Of a stretch of 64,000 nt of DNA, positions 36,188 through 44,916 are shown in pieces. Each line of letters begins with the position of its first letter. Within the stretch, counting starts at the first letter, position 1. Below the pieces are notes generated by a model. That model saw nothing but the letters and a program-made list of their open reading frames with translations. It searched no databases and was not told where the DNA came from. The DNA is from Erythrobacter sp. (GTDB lineage: Bacteria; Pseudomonadota; Alphaproteobacteria; Sphingomonadales; Sphingomonadaceae), in contig NZ_JAMNXL010000001.1 of the NCBI RefSeq assembly GCF_023653175.1, forward strand, positions 314 to 64,313, written 5' to 3'. Made by a program: the position numbers and the translations under genes.

Positions 36188-36723
36188 CCGGCACACTCGA
36201 AGACCGCGAGGCGATCCGCGACATTCTCGCCGCCTATGCCCATGCGATCGACCGGCGGCGCTGGGGGATGATGGAGCGGCTGTTCCACCCGGAGGCTACC
36301 TTCCGCTTCGGCACCATCGAGGGCGACTGGCGCGGCTTTGTGGAGCAGGCGCGCAGCGTTATCGACCCGTGCCTCGCCACGCAGCACCAGCTCGGCCAGA
36401 CGATCTTCGGGTTCGAGAGTCCGGACCTGTGCCACACCGAAACCTACATGACCGCGATGCACACCATCCCCCCCGGCTACCCGCTCGCGGCGGTGTTTCC
36501 CGACAAGGGGGTGATCTACTCGGCAATCGTCGCGGGGCGCTATGTCGACCGGTTCGAGAAGCGCGGCGGAGAGTGGCGCCTCGCCCAGCGCACCGGGCTC
36601 TACGACTGGCGCGAGTTCCGGGTGGTGGAGGGCGTCGACCTCTCCGACACGCCGGAGGGCGCGGCCGGATACCACGACGCGCGTGATCCCTCGACAGCGG
36701 CGGTGCGGAGGTGGCTCGGCTAG
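36184..36723 (+). CDS. NTF2-like (SnoaL_4-type) protein
   Basis: ATGA overlap with the preceding gene. LEDREAIRDILAAYAHAIDRRRWGMMERLFHPEA pattern. 179 aa. Confidence 0.8.
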   Translation: MTGTLEDREAIRDILAAYAHAIDRRRWGMMERLFHPEATFRFGTIEGDWRGFVEQARSVIDPCLATQHQLGQTIFGFESPDLCHTETYMTAMHTIPPGYPLAAVFPDKGVIYSAIVAGRYVDRFEKRGGEWRLAQRTGLYDWREFRVVEGVDLSDTPEGAAGYHDARDPSTAAVRRWLG

Positions 36724-37127
36724 GGCCGCCTGATAGAAAACACCCCGCTCATCGTCGCGATCTGCTCCTCCCCCCGCCATACCCCGCCCGAGGTATAGGC
36801 GGTGCGGCCGCCCAGCCGGTCGATCCGCACGCGCGCCTCCAGCCAGTCGCCCAGCTTTGCGGCTGCGAGGTAATTGACCGTCAGAGTCACGGTCGAGGGC
36901 GCGAGCCGGGGCCGCTCGGCATCATAAACCGCGTGGCTCAGGGCAACATCCGCGAAGGTCGAGATCACCCCGCCATGCGCCGCGTCCCGGTAGTTGATGT
37001 GGTGGGGTGAGATCAGCAGTCCGACCACACGCACGCCCTCCACCGCAGGCCCCAGATAATAGGGCCCGCCGTGGTCGAGAAAGCCCGGGGTGAAGCCGGC
37101 AGGTTCGAAGCTCGAAGGTATCGCCAT
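36720..37127 (-). CDS. PaaI-family hotdog-fold thioesterase
   Basis: 135 aa. HHINYRDAAHGGVISTFADVAL core, typical of PaaI/4HBT class II. Confidence 0.85.
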   Translation of the reverse strand: MAIPSSFEPAGFTPGFLDHGGPYYLGPAVEGVRVVGLLISPHHINYRDAAHGGVISTFADVALSHAVYDAERPRLAPSTVTLTVNYLAAAKLGDWLEARVRIDRLGGRTAYTSGGVWRGEEQIATMSGVFSIRRP

Positions 37128-37214
37128 CCCGCCACCCTACCCCGCCGCTTGCCCTCGCGCCCGCTATGAAATGTGCCAATGACACGCAGGCCAGCGCGGG
37201 GTATCCCCGCAGCC

Positions 37215-38807
37215 ATGGGAGAGACAACAGCACTGGCCGCAGAAAGCTTCTGCGACGTCGTCCGGGAACACGCCCGCGTGTCTGGCGATGTGATCGCCTT
37301 CACCTATGCAGGCGAAGACATCAGCTTCGCCGAGATCGACGAGAGCGCCGACCGGGTGGCGAACGGCCTCGTCGCGCTCGGCGTGAAGCCCGGCGACCGC
37401 GTCGCCTTCCTCGGCAAGAACCACCCGCTCTATTTCGAGGCCTTCCTCGGCGCGAACCGCATCGGCGCTGTGATGACGCCGGTGAACTGGCGCCTCGCCG
37501 CGCCCGAGGTCGCCTATGTGCTCGATAACTCGCAGGCCCGCGTGGTGTTCGTGGGCGAGGGCTTTGCCGAGGTGCTCAGCCAGATCCGACCGACATGCCC
37601 CCATGTCGAACAGGTGATCGGCATCGACGCGCCCGATTACCCCGGCACCGATTACCGCATCTGGCGCGACGGCTTCTCGGCCACGCCCCCGGCGCACCGC
37701 GTGCGGGCCGAGGACGACGCGCTGCAGCTCTACACCTCGGGCACCACCGGCAAGCCCAAGGGCGCGGTGATCACCCACGGATCGATCCTCTCGAGCCGCG
37801 ACGCCACCGCCGCGGCCGACGAGATGCGGGAGTGGCAGGAGCCGATCCCGGGCGATGTCACGCTGCTCGCCATGCCGTGTTTCCACATCTCGGGCACCGG
37901 CACCGGGATCGGCACGCTCGTGGCGGGCACGAATTCCATCGTCCTGCCCGAATATGACCCGACCAAGGCCCTCGACCTGATCGAGAACTTCAACATCTCG
38001 AAGATCTTCCTCGTGCCCGCCGCCTTGCAGATCCTGCTCAATCACCCGAAGGTGACCGAAGTCGATTTCTCGCGGCTGAAATACGTCACCTACGGCGCCT
38101 CCCCCATCCCGCTCGAACTGATGCGCGAGGCGATGCGGGTGATGGGCTGCGGCTTTGTGCAGATGTACGGCATGACCGAGACGAGCGGCACCATCGTCGC
38201 GCTGGACCCTGAGGATCACGTGCCCGAAGGTTCGGTGCGGATGCGCAGCGTCGGCAAGCCGCTCGCCGGGGTCGAGATCAAGGTGATTGACGAGGCAGGC
38301 CGCGAAGTCCCCGCCGGCACGGTCGGCGAGATCGCGACCCGCTCGAACAAGAACATGCGCGGCTACTGGAACAACCCCGATGCCACCGCGTCCACCATCG
38401 ACGCCGACGGCTGGCTGCGCACCGGAGACGCGGGCTACCTCGACGAGGACGGCTATCTCTACATCCACGACCGGGTGAAGGACATGATCATCTCGGGCGG
38501 CGAGAACGTTTATCCCGCCGAGGTCGAGAACGCGCTCTATTCGCACCCCAAGGTCGCGGACGTGGCGGTGATCGGCGTACCCGACCCCAAGTGGGGCGAG
38601 GCGGTGAAGGCCTGCGTGGTGGTGAAGGCGGGCGAGGAACTGACCGAGGCCGAGCTGATCGCCCACGCGAAGACGCTGATCGCGGGCTACAAGTGCCCCA
38701 AGTCGGTCGATTTCATCCCCGCCCTGCCGAGGAATCCCAGCGGCAAGATCCTGCGCCGCGAACTGCGCGCGCCCTATTGGGTGGGCAAGGACCGGGCGGT
38801 CAATTGA
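37215..38807 (+). CDS. Acyl-CoA synthetase (AMP-forming, long/medium-chain fatty-acid-CoA ligase-like)
   Basis: AMP-binding motif LYTSGTTGKPKGA. Also YGMTE, GWLRTGDAGYLDEDGYLYIHDRVKDMI and PSGKILRR. The start 37215 versus 37173 is uncertain. Confidence 0.9.
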   Translation: MGETTALAAESFCDVVREHARVSGDVIAFTYAGEDISFAEIDESADRVANGLVALGVKPGDRVAFLGKNHPLYFEAFLGANRIGAVMTPVNWRLAAPEVAYVLDNSQARVVFVGEGFAEVLSQIRPTCPHVEQVIGIDAPDYPGTDYRIWRDGFSATPPAHRVRAEDDALQLYTSGTTGKPKGAVITHGSILSSRDATAAADEMREWQEPIPGDVTLLAMPCFHISGTGTGIGTLVAGTNSIVLPEYDPTKALDLIENFNISKIFLVPAALQILLNHPKVTEVDFSRLKYVTYGASPIPLELMREAMRVMGCGFVQMYGMTETSGTIVALDPEDHVPEGSVRMRSVGKPLAGVEIKVIDEAGREVPAGTVGEIATRSNKNMRGYWNNPDATASTIDADGWLRTGDAGYLDEDGYLYIHDRVKDMIISGGENVYPAEVENALYSHPKVADVAVIGVPDPKWGEAVKACVVVKAGEELTEAELIAHAKTLIAGYKCPKSVDFIPALPRNPSGKILRRELRAPYWVGKDRAVN

Positions 38808-39328
38808 TCGGGCTGCCGGTCAGGCAACTGGCCTACAAGGTCAACGACCTCGAGGCGGCAGCGGTGGCGCACCACCGGCAATTCGGTTCGGGGCCGTTCT
38901 TCGTGCTGCGGCACGTGGCGCTGGCGTCCTCGGTGCATCGCGGGACGGCGCGCCCCTTCGACCACTCGAGCGCCTATGGCCAGTGGGGCAGCGTGATGGT
39001 GGAGCTGGTGGTGCAGCACAACCCGGACGATTCTGCGCTCCACGACATGTTCCCCTGGGGCTCGGGCCGCGAAGGGCTGCACCATGCGGCGCTGTTCGTC
39101 GACGATCTGGAAGGCGAGATCGCGCGGTTCGCAGCCGAGGGCGCTCAGCTCGCGCAGCTGTCGGTGACAGCGGGCGGGACGGGTTTCGCCTTCGTCGATA
39201 CGCGGGCGAGCCTCGGGCACATGCTGGAGCTTTACGAGCCGACCGCGCAGCTGACGGGGTTCTACGATTTCGTGGCGCAGGCAGCGCAAGGGTGGGACGG
39301 GCGCGATCTGGTCACGGAGTTGGGTTAG
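38804..39328 (+). CDS. VOC (glyoxalase/bleomycin-resistance/extradiol-dioxygenase fold) family protein
   Basis: Only a TTG at 38804 (overlapping the ligase TGA) gives a full-length product. LAYKVNDLEAAAVAHHRQFG...GLHHAALFVDDLEGEI pattern. 174 aa. Confidence 0.7.
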   Translation: MIGLPVRQLAYKVNDLEAAAVAHHRQFGSGPFFVLRHVALASSVHRGTARPFDHSSAYGQWGSVMVELVVQHNPDDSALHDMFPWGSGREGLHHAALFVDDLEGEIARFAAEGAQLAQLSVTAGGTGFAFVDTRASLGHMLELYEPTAQLTGFYDFVAQAAQGWDGRDLVTELG

Positions 39329-39704
39329 CCTCTACCCCCGCCAGTTCCGCCACCCCCACCAACGCGGCACGGCATTCCGCATCGGCCAGCGCCGCGAGAA
39401 CCGAGAATGCCACAAACCCCGCCTCGCCCAGATGCGCGACGACCGCCGCTGCCTCGGCATCGGTTATCGCGGTGTGCTCAAACGGCATCCGCCGCGCATA
39501 GGCGAGGCACAGCTTCGTGCCCTCGTCCAGAGCGCTCTCCTCAGGCGCTGCGCCCATGCCGTGGACGGCCGCGACCGCCTGCCGGACCAGCGCCACCAGC
39601 GCCACCAGCGCGGGGGCGAGCGCGGCTTCGGTCTTCCCGCGGAAGTCCGCATAATGCGCGGCGAGCACCGGATCGCCCGCCAGCGCGGCGCACACGGCGC
39701 TCAT
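39312..39704 (-). CDS. Hypothetical all-helical protein, possibly AhpD-like without CxxC
   Basis: 130 aa. Start overlaps the upstream CMD stop (ATGA). Ala-rich helices. TDAEAAAVVAHLGEAGFVAFSVLAAL resembles the CMD C-terminal region. Weak call. Confidence 0.5.
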   Translation of the reverse strand: MSAVCAALAGDPVLAAHYADFRGKTEAALAPALVALVALVRQAVAAVHGMGAAPEESALDEGTKLCLAYARRMPFEHTAITDAEAAAVVAHLGEAGFVAFSVLAALADAECRAALVGVAELAGVEANPTP

Positions 39705-40234
39705 GCGGCGGCCTCCAGCACCGCCGGCGTCGGAAGCACGGTGCGGTCCATCGCCTCGGGCTCGAGCCCCATGGTGATCAGCGCCTTGGCGAGCGCGAGG
39801 AACAGCGTCACGCCCAGCCCCAACTCGGCAATCTGTGCAGGTGTAAGGTGGCGCTGCAAAGCCGCCCGCGCATCGCCGGTCAGCAGGTCGGGATCATGGA
39901 TCAGCGCATCGGTGAATTTGAGCGCGGCCTTCTCGGCATCGGTCAGCCGGGCCGAGGTCTCGTAGCCATCGGTGATGTCGTCCACCACCTCCTCGCCGAG
40001 ACCCTGCCCCAAGGCCTTGTCGAAGCGGACATTGCGGCAGAACCCGCATTCGGTGACGCGCGCATTGCGCATCCGCGCGACCTCCTTGATCCGCGCACTC
40101 AGCACGTCGGAGCCCCAGAACCGCCCGTAGAGCGCAAAGAAGCTCTCCGCGATCTCCGGCTGGTGCGCGAGCACCGAGCCGAAATGCGCAGGCTCTCCGG
40201 CAACGCCTGAGGATACGCGGGGGATGGTCGACAT
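39701..40234 (-). CDS. Carboxymuconolactone decarboxylase (AhpD-like) family protein with CxxC
   Basis: 177 aa from MSTIPRVSS. ARMRNARVTECGFCRNVRF (C-G-F-C) and TDAEKAALKFTDAL, typical of the CMD family. Confidence 0.85.
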   Translation of the reverse strand: MSTIPRVSSGVAGEPAHFGSVLAHQPEIAESFFALYGRFWGSDVLSARIKEVARMRNARVTECGFCRNVRFDKALGQGLGEEVVDDITDGYETSARLTDAEKAALKFTDALIHDPDLLTGDARAALQRHLTPAQIAELGLGVTLFLALAKALITMGLEPEAMDRTVLPTPAVLEAAA

Positions 40235-40356
40235 GGGGTATCTCCTTCGCTTGCGAGAATACCCCAGGGTGACGCTACGACAGCCTCGCCATTTTCGCAG
40301 GGGCGGGGGCGCGGTCCGGCATGGCAGATTGCCCGAAACAGCGAGGGAGACAGGCA

Positions 40357-40710
40357 ATGGCAGGCGAAGCACAGCGCGTGATCGAGGACTTCTGGCGCAT
40401 CCAGGACGCAGGCGACTACACGAAACTGGTCGATCTCTTCGCCGAGGACGCATTCCTCGAAGACCCGATCTGGGGGCAGTATCGGGGGCGCGACGCCATC
40501 ATGGGCTTCATGACCACGATGGTGAAGGAGATGGGCGACCGGAAGGTGCACTTCACCGTCGACGAAATCTGCGGTGACGACCACGCCGTCTGGGCACGCT
40601 GGACGATGCACATGGAAGGCCACGCGCCCCGCGGCGGCGTCGGCATCTACAAGGTCGAAGGCGGCAAGCTCACCTATTACCGCGATTACATGGACCCGGC
40701 GGGGGAGTAG
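40357..40710 (+). CDS. NTF2-like (SnoaL-family) protein
   Basis: RBS GGGAGA upstream of ATG 40357. VIEDFWRIQDAGDYTKLVDLFAEDAFLEDP... 117 aa. Confidence 0.8.
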   Translation: MAGEAQRVIEDFWRIQDAGDYTKLVDLFAEDAFLEDPIWGQYRGRDAIMGFMTTMVKEMGDRKVHFTVDEICGDDHAVWARWTMHMEGHAPRGGVGIYKVEGGKLTYYRDYMDPAGE

Positions 40711-40711
40711 C

Positions 40712-41230
40712 CTACATCGCCCGGTAATCCGGATGCCCGCTTTCCCTCAGGTCGAGCATCGGCAGCGGAAACGCCGCGTTGGGCGAGGCGTCCGGCTGGT
40801 CGGGCATCGCACAAGTCCAGTCCATGATGTAGCGGCGGCTCGAAATGCGCCACTCCTCGCCCCGCTTCTCGTAGGTGTCGAGGTAGCGCCCGCCATACAT
40901 GTTGCCCTTGTAGGGCTCCTCCCCCTCGCGCCGGAAGCCGAGCGCGATGCCGTAGCACTCGCCCTCCGCCGTCGTCGCCGACGTCAGCTTGACCGAGAGC
41001 GGCGCGAGCATGTGCCAGCGCCGCCCCGTCGAGCGTTCCACCGCCATCACCACCGGCACGAACTCCGCCGCGGTGCCGGTGAAGAAGCCATAGTCGATCG
41101 CCGCGTCCGGCCAGTAGCACCCCGCCTGCCCCTCATCATCGAGCCAGTCCAAGGTGCGCGAATAGCGCGCGATGAGATCGTGGATCGCCTGCCGGTCGAG
41201 CAGCTGCTGCACCTGCTCCTCGAGGGTCAT
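40712..41230 (-). CDS. NTF2-like (SnoaL_4-type) protein
   Basis: 172 aa from MTLEEQVQQLLDRQAIHDLIARYSRTLDWLD. Start overlaps the ABM-like stop. Confidence 0.8.
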   Translation of the reverse strand: MTLEEQVQQLLDRQAIHDLIARYSRTLDWLDDEGQAGCYWPDAAIDYGFFTGTAAEFVPVVMAVERSTGRRWHMLAPLSVKLTSATTAEGECYGIALGFRREGEEPYKGNMYGGRYLDTYEKRGEEWRISSRRYIMDWTCAMPDQPDASPNAAFPLPMLDLRESGHPDYRAM

Positions 41231-41628
41231 GCGCGCGGCCCCCACCATGCCGGGATCGAGAGGGGAAACCGCTCCTGCGCGGTCTTCATCGCCTCGCTCG
41301 CATCAGCGGGCAGCGCCGGGTCAGAGGTATGCGGCAGCCCCCCGCCTGCGCCCTCCACGGGGTCGATATATTCGAGCGTGATTCCGGCGAGCACATCGGC
41401 GAAATCGTGGCCCTCGTGATGGTCGGACATCTGGTGGTGATAGAAGGTCCACTTGTCCTTGAAGCTGAGCAGGCAGTAGTAGCTCAATGGCTCCTGCCCC
41501 TTCCAGTATTCGTAGCGGATCACGCCTTCTTCCGTCCCGAAGGTGTGGTGGACCATGTCGTGCATGATCGCCTCCCACTTCTCTTCCTTGCCGGGCTGGA
41601 TCTTTATGTGCGCAAGCAGACTGGCCAT
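41227..41628 (-). CDS. ABM (antibiotic-biosynthesis-monooxygenase)-like ferredoxin-fold protein
   Basis: 133 aa. LAHIKIQPGKEEKWEAIMHDMV...GVIRYEYW...LLSFKDKWTFYHHQMSDHH pattern. ATGA overlap with the P450 stop. Confidence 0.65.
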   Translation of the reverse strand: MASLLAHIKIQPGKEEKWEAIMHDMVHHTFGTEEGVIRYEYWKGQEPLSYYCLLSFKDKWTFYHHQMSDHHEGHDFADVLAGITLEYIDPVEGAGGGLPHTSDPALPADASEAMKTAQERFPLSIPAWWGPRA

Positions 41629-42938
41629 CAGAGTGTCTCCACTGGAGTGAGGTTCAAGAGCAGCCGGTGGATGCCGAGCATGATCCCGCCCTGGTGGCGG
41701 AAATCATTGCCCGGCGCGTAGGCGAGGTCGGCGAAGGCGTCGGCGAGCTTGTCCCACGCGATCATCTGTTCGAGGCGCGAGATGTTGGAGCCGGGGCACG
41801 AGCGCGGTCCCTGGCTGAAGGCGAGGTGGCGGGTGGCGGCCTTGCGGTCGAGCTTGAGTTCCAGCGGGTTCTTGAATTCATCCGCGTCGATATTGGCGGC
41901 GGCCCAGCGCAGGTGCAGCATCGATCCGGCGGGCACTTCGACGCCCTGAAACACTTCGTCATGGGCGCAGATTCGGGTCGAGAGCCCCTGCGTGGGGGAG
42001 CGCAGCCGCATCCCCTCCTCGATGAAGGTGCGGATCGCGCTGCGATCGCCGCGCAGCCCGGCAAACATCCCCGGCCGCTCGCACAGCAGTTGCGCCTGCT
42101 CCGCGAGGGCATATTGGGTCGTCTCCAGCCCGCCGATCACCATCGCGTAGACGACGCCGTTGATCTCGTCGTCGGTGAGCTTGCGGCCCAGCGCTTGGTA
42201 TTCGACCTGGGTGAGGAAGCTCACCATGTCATCCTGCGGCCGGGCGCGTTTCTCGCGCGTCGCTTGCGCCACATACTCCTTCATCCCCGCCAGCAGCCGG
42301 AATTTCTCGGCCGTTTGCTCAGGCGTGAGGATGTTCTTGTGGGTCGTCCCGATCACATAGGACATGACCTGCGCATTGCCCCATTGCTCGAGGCGCGGGA
42401 TGTCTTCGAGTGGGAAGCCCAGCACGGTAGCCATCACCCGCTGCGGCAGCGGCCGGGCGAAGTCGGCGACGAAATCGACCGGCTTGCCAGCGCGCGCCTT
42501 CGCCAGCATCCCGGCGACGAGCGAATCGACATGGCCCGCGATCATCGCCGCATGCCGCGTGCAGCCCGGCCCCACCCATGGGTCGGTCAGCTCCTTGCGG
42601 TGCGCGCGCCACAGTTCCGGATCGGGGCGCAGGGTCACGATCGAGGCGATCATCGCGTCGAGATCGGGGATGTGGGTGGGCATCTCGCCCGATTGCTGGA
42701 TATGCGCCACAAGCAGCGAGAGCGTCGGCGGGAAACGCTCCCAGTCCTTCACCACGCGGGAAATGTCGGCGTATTTGGTGAGGACAAAGGCATCGGTGCC
42801 GGGGGTCAGGCCCTCGCCCGGCAGGCGCTGCACCGGGGCCTCGGCGTGCAGGATCGCATAGGCGGCGTACCAGTGCTCCTGCGCGCCCGGAGCGAACAGG
42901 TCGACGTCAGCCAAGGTGCGCGGTGCGTCCGCCTGCAA
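41628..42938 (-). CDS. Cytochrome P450 (paralog 1)
   Basis: Heme-thiolate motif FSQGPRSCPG. EXXR (ETTQYAL...) region. The 559-aa ORF was trimmed to TTG 42938, preceded by GGGGAGAG. 436 aa. Confidence 0.9.
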   Translation of the reverse strand: MQADAPRTLADVDLFAPGAQEHWYAAYAILHAEAPVQRLPGEGLTPGTDAFVLTKYADISRVVKDWERFPPTLSLLVAHIQQSGEMPTHIPDLDAMIASIVTLRPDPELWRAHRKELTDPWVGPGCTRHAAMIAGHVDSLVAGMLAKARAGKPVDFVADFARPLPQRVMATVLGFPLEDIPRLEQWGNAQVMSYVIGTTHKNILTPEQTAEKFRLLAGMKEYVAQATREKRARPQDDMVSFLTQVEYQALGRKLTDDEINGVVYAMVIGGLETTQYALAEQAQLLCERPGMFAGLRGDRSAIRTFIEEGMRLRSPTQGLSTRICAHDEVFQGVEVPAGSMLHLRWAAANIDADEFKNPLELKLDRKAATRHLAFSQGPRSCPGSNISRLEQMIAWDKLADAFADLAYAPGNDFRHQGGIMLGIHRLLLNLTPVETL

Positions 42939-43065
42939 GTCCGCTCTCCCCTGCGGGGCGGTCCGCTTAGCGAATCCGCCAATTGCTGTGGCAAGGGTTG
43001 TCCCCCAGCCTTTCCCTTGCGGAAACGGGCTAATTTGCCAGTGCCGCGTATGGGGAGAGAAAGCC

Positions 43066-43653
43066 GTGAGCCGTATCGAGAAGCTGGCGCCGGACCAGTG
43101 GGACGCGCGCCTTGTCGCCGCGATCCAGCCCGACAACCTGACCGATCTGGAGCAGGGTCTGACCCGATACTTCGCGCATTGCCCGGAGCAGGCGCTGGGC
43201 CTGATGGGCTTTGGCGGGGCGTTGAAGCGCAATCGCTCCCTGCCCGACCGGTTGGTGGAGCTGGTGCGGCTGCGCGTCGCCTTCTTCAACCAGTGCCGCT
43301 CCTGCATGGCGATCCGCTATGCCGATGCGATGGCCGACGGGGTGACCGAGGGGCTGGTGTGCTCATTGGAACGCCCGCAGGAGGCTGAAAACCTCTCGGC
43401 AGCCGAGAAAGCTGCGATCCGGTACGGCGAGCTGATGGCAACCGATCATCTCGCGATCGATGACGCGATGTATGAGGAATTGCGCACGCATTTCAGCGAG
43501 GCGCAGATCGTGGAATTCGGCATGACAGTCGCCTTCTTCGTCGGCTTCGGCAGGTTGGCCGCGACCTGGCACATGGTCGAGGAACTGCCCGAGGCGTTCC
43601 AGAAGGCTGAGAGCATCGCGCCTTGGGGCGCCGACACAATCGAGGTGCGCTGA
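43066..43653 (+). CDS. Carboxymuconolactone decarboxylase (AhpD-like) family protein with CxxC
   Basis: GTG 43066 preceded by GGGGAGAGAAAG. LVRLRVAFFNQCRSCMAIRY (C-R-S-C) and SAAEKAAIRYGELM. 195 aa. Confidence 0.85.
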   Translation: MSRIEKLAPDQWDARLVAAIQPDNLTDLEQGLTRYFAHCPEQALGLMGFGGALKRNRSLPDRLVELVRLRVAFFNQCRSCMAIRYADAMADGVTEGLVCSLERPQEAENLSAAEKAAIRYGELMATDHLAIDDAMYEELRTHFSEAQIVEFGMTVAFFVGFGRLAATWHMVEELPEAFQKAESIAPWGADTIEVR

Positions 43654-44915
43654 TGAACCAGCCCCAGATCAACCTCTTCGACCCCGCGCTTCAGCAGTGC
43701 CCCTATGACGCCTACAAGCAGCTGCGCGACGAGGCTCCGGTCTACAACATCCCCGGCACGCAGATCTATGTCGTGAGCCGCTACGACCATGTGCGCGAGG
43801 TGCTGATGGACCCCGCGCGCTTCCCCTCCACCGCCTTGAGCGAGCTGATGCGCGCCTCGCCGGTGGACATGGAGCGCGGGCGCAAGGTGGCGGAACGCTT
43901 CCGCGAGAGGGGCTGGCTGCCTGCTCCGACGCTGGCGGGGCGCGATGATCCGAACCACAAGCAAATGCGCGCGATGTTCAACGAGGCGTTCAAGCCCAGC
44001 CGCATCAAGGCAATCGACCCGCGCGTCGAAACCCTCGCCTACGAGCTGATCGACGAGTTCCTTCCCGATGGCCGCTGCGACTGGGTGCGCCAGTTCTGCG
44101 TCCCCCTGCCGCTGTTCGTCATCGGCGAACAGATGGGCGCGGCGCGCGAGGACATGTGGCGGATCAAGGGCTGGACCGACGCCTTCTTCCACCGCATCTC
44201 GCTGATGCTGCCCGAGGACAAGCACCTCGAAATGGTCGACCGCGAGATCGAGGCGCAGCACTATTTCCAGCCGATCTTCGAACGCCTGCGCGAGCACCCT
44301 GACGGCAGCCTCATCTCCGTGCTGGTCAACACCGTGATCGAAGGCTGGGGCCGCCCACTCAACGACGAGGAACTCCACGCCGAGATGATGGCGGACACCT
44401 TCGTCGGCGGGTCGGAGACCACCACCAACGCGCTCGCAGCCGGCATGAAGCTGCTGATCGAGAACAAGGACGTGTGGCACAAGCTCAAGGCCGATCCTGA
44501 CAAGTATATGCGCAACTTCGTCGAGGAGGTTCTGCGGCTCGAAAGCCCGGTGCAATCGTTGATGCGCTTCACCCATGCGGACGTGGAGCTGGACGGGGTG
44601 ACGATCCCGGCAGGCTCGGTCGTCAATGTCCGCTACGGCGCAGCCAACCGCGACGAGCGCTTCTTCGAATGCCCCGAAAAGCTCGATCTCGAGCGGCCCA
44701 AGGCAGGCGCGCACATGGCCTTCGGGTCGGGCACGCACCACTGCCTCGGCGCCCCGCTCGCCCGGCGCGAACTGACCTGGGGGTTTCAGGCCGTGGTCGA
44801 CCGCTTCGAGGACATGGACTTCGCGCCCGGCGAGAACGACTTCAGCTACCACCCGCACTTCCTGCTGCGGAGCCTCAAGCAGCTCAATATCACCATCGAA
44901 GCGAAGAAGCGCTGA
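43653..44915 (+). CDS. Cytochrome P450 (paralog 2)
   Basis: TGATG overlap with the CMD gene. FGSGTHHCLG heme motif. GGSETTTNAL I-helix. 420 aa. Confidence 0.93.
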   Translation: MNQPQINLFDPALQQCPYDAYKQLRDEAPVYNIPGTQIYVVSRYDHVREVLMDPARFPSTALSELMRASPVDMERGRKVAERFRERGWLPAPTLAGRDDPNHKQMRAMFNEAFKPSRIKAIDPRVETLAYELIDEFLPDGRCDWVRQFCVPLPLFVIGEQMGAAREDMWRIKGWTDAFFHRISLMLPEDKHLEMVDREIEAQHYFQPIFERLREHPDGSLISVLVNTVIEGWGRPLNDEELHAEMMADTFVGGSETTTNALAAGMKLLIENKDVWHKLKADPDKYMRNFVEEVLRLESPVQSLMRFTHADVELDGVTIPAGSVVNVRYGAANRDERFFECPEKLDLERPKAGAHMAFGSGTHHCLGAPLARRELTWGFQAVVDRFEDMDFAPGENDFSYHPHFLLRSLKQLNITIEAKKR

Positions 44916-44916
44916 G

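Noticed and set aside
34091-36196. 701-aa ORF suggesting a large fusion protein
   Set aside because: Only the C-terminal 315 aa (from MALITVIGASG at 35038) look like a protein (NmrA family). The upstream 386 codons are antisense to the MDR reductase gene at 35186..36187. Similar N-terminal over-extensions were trimmed for mrpD, mrpG, apt, pgeF, EamA, YdbT, P450 paralog 1, both CMD genes, thiolase-like and several SDR genes.
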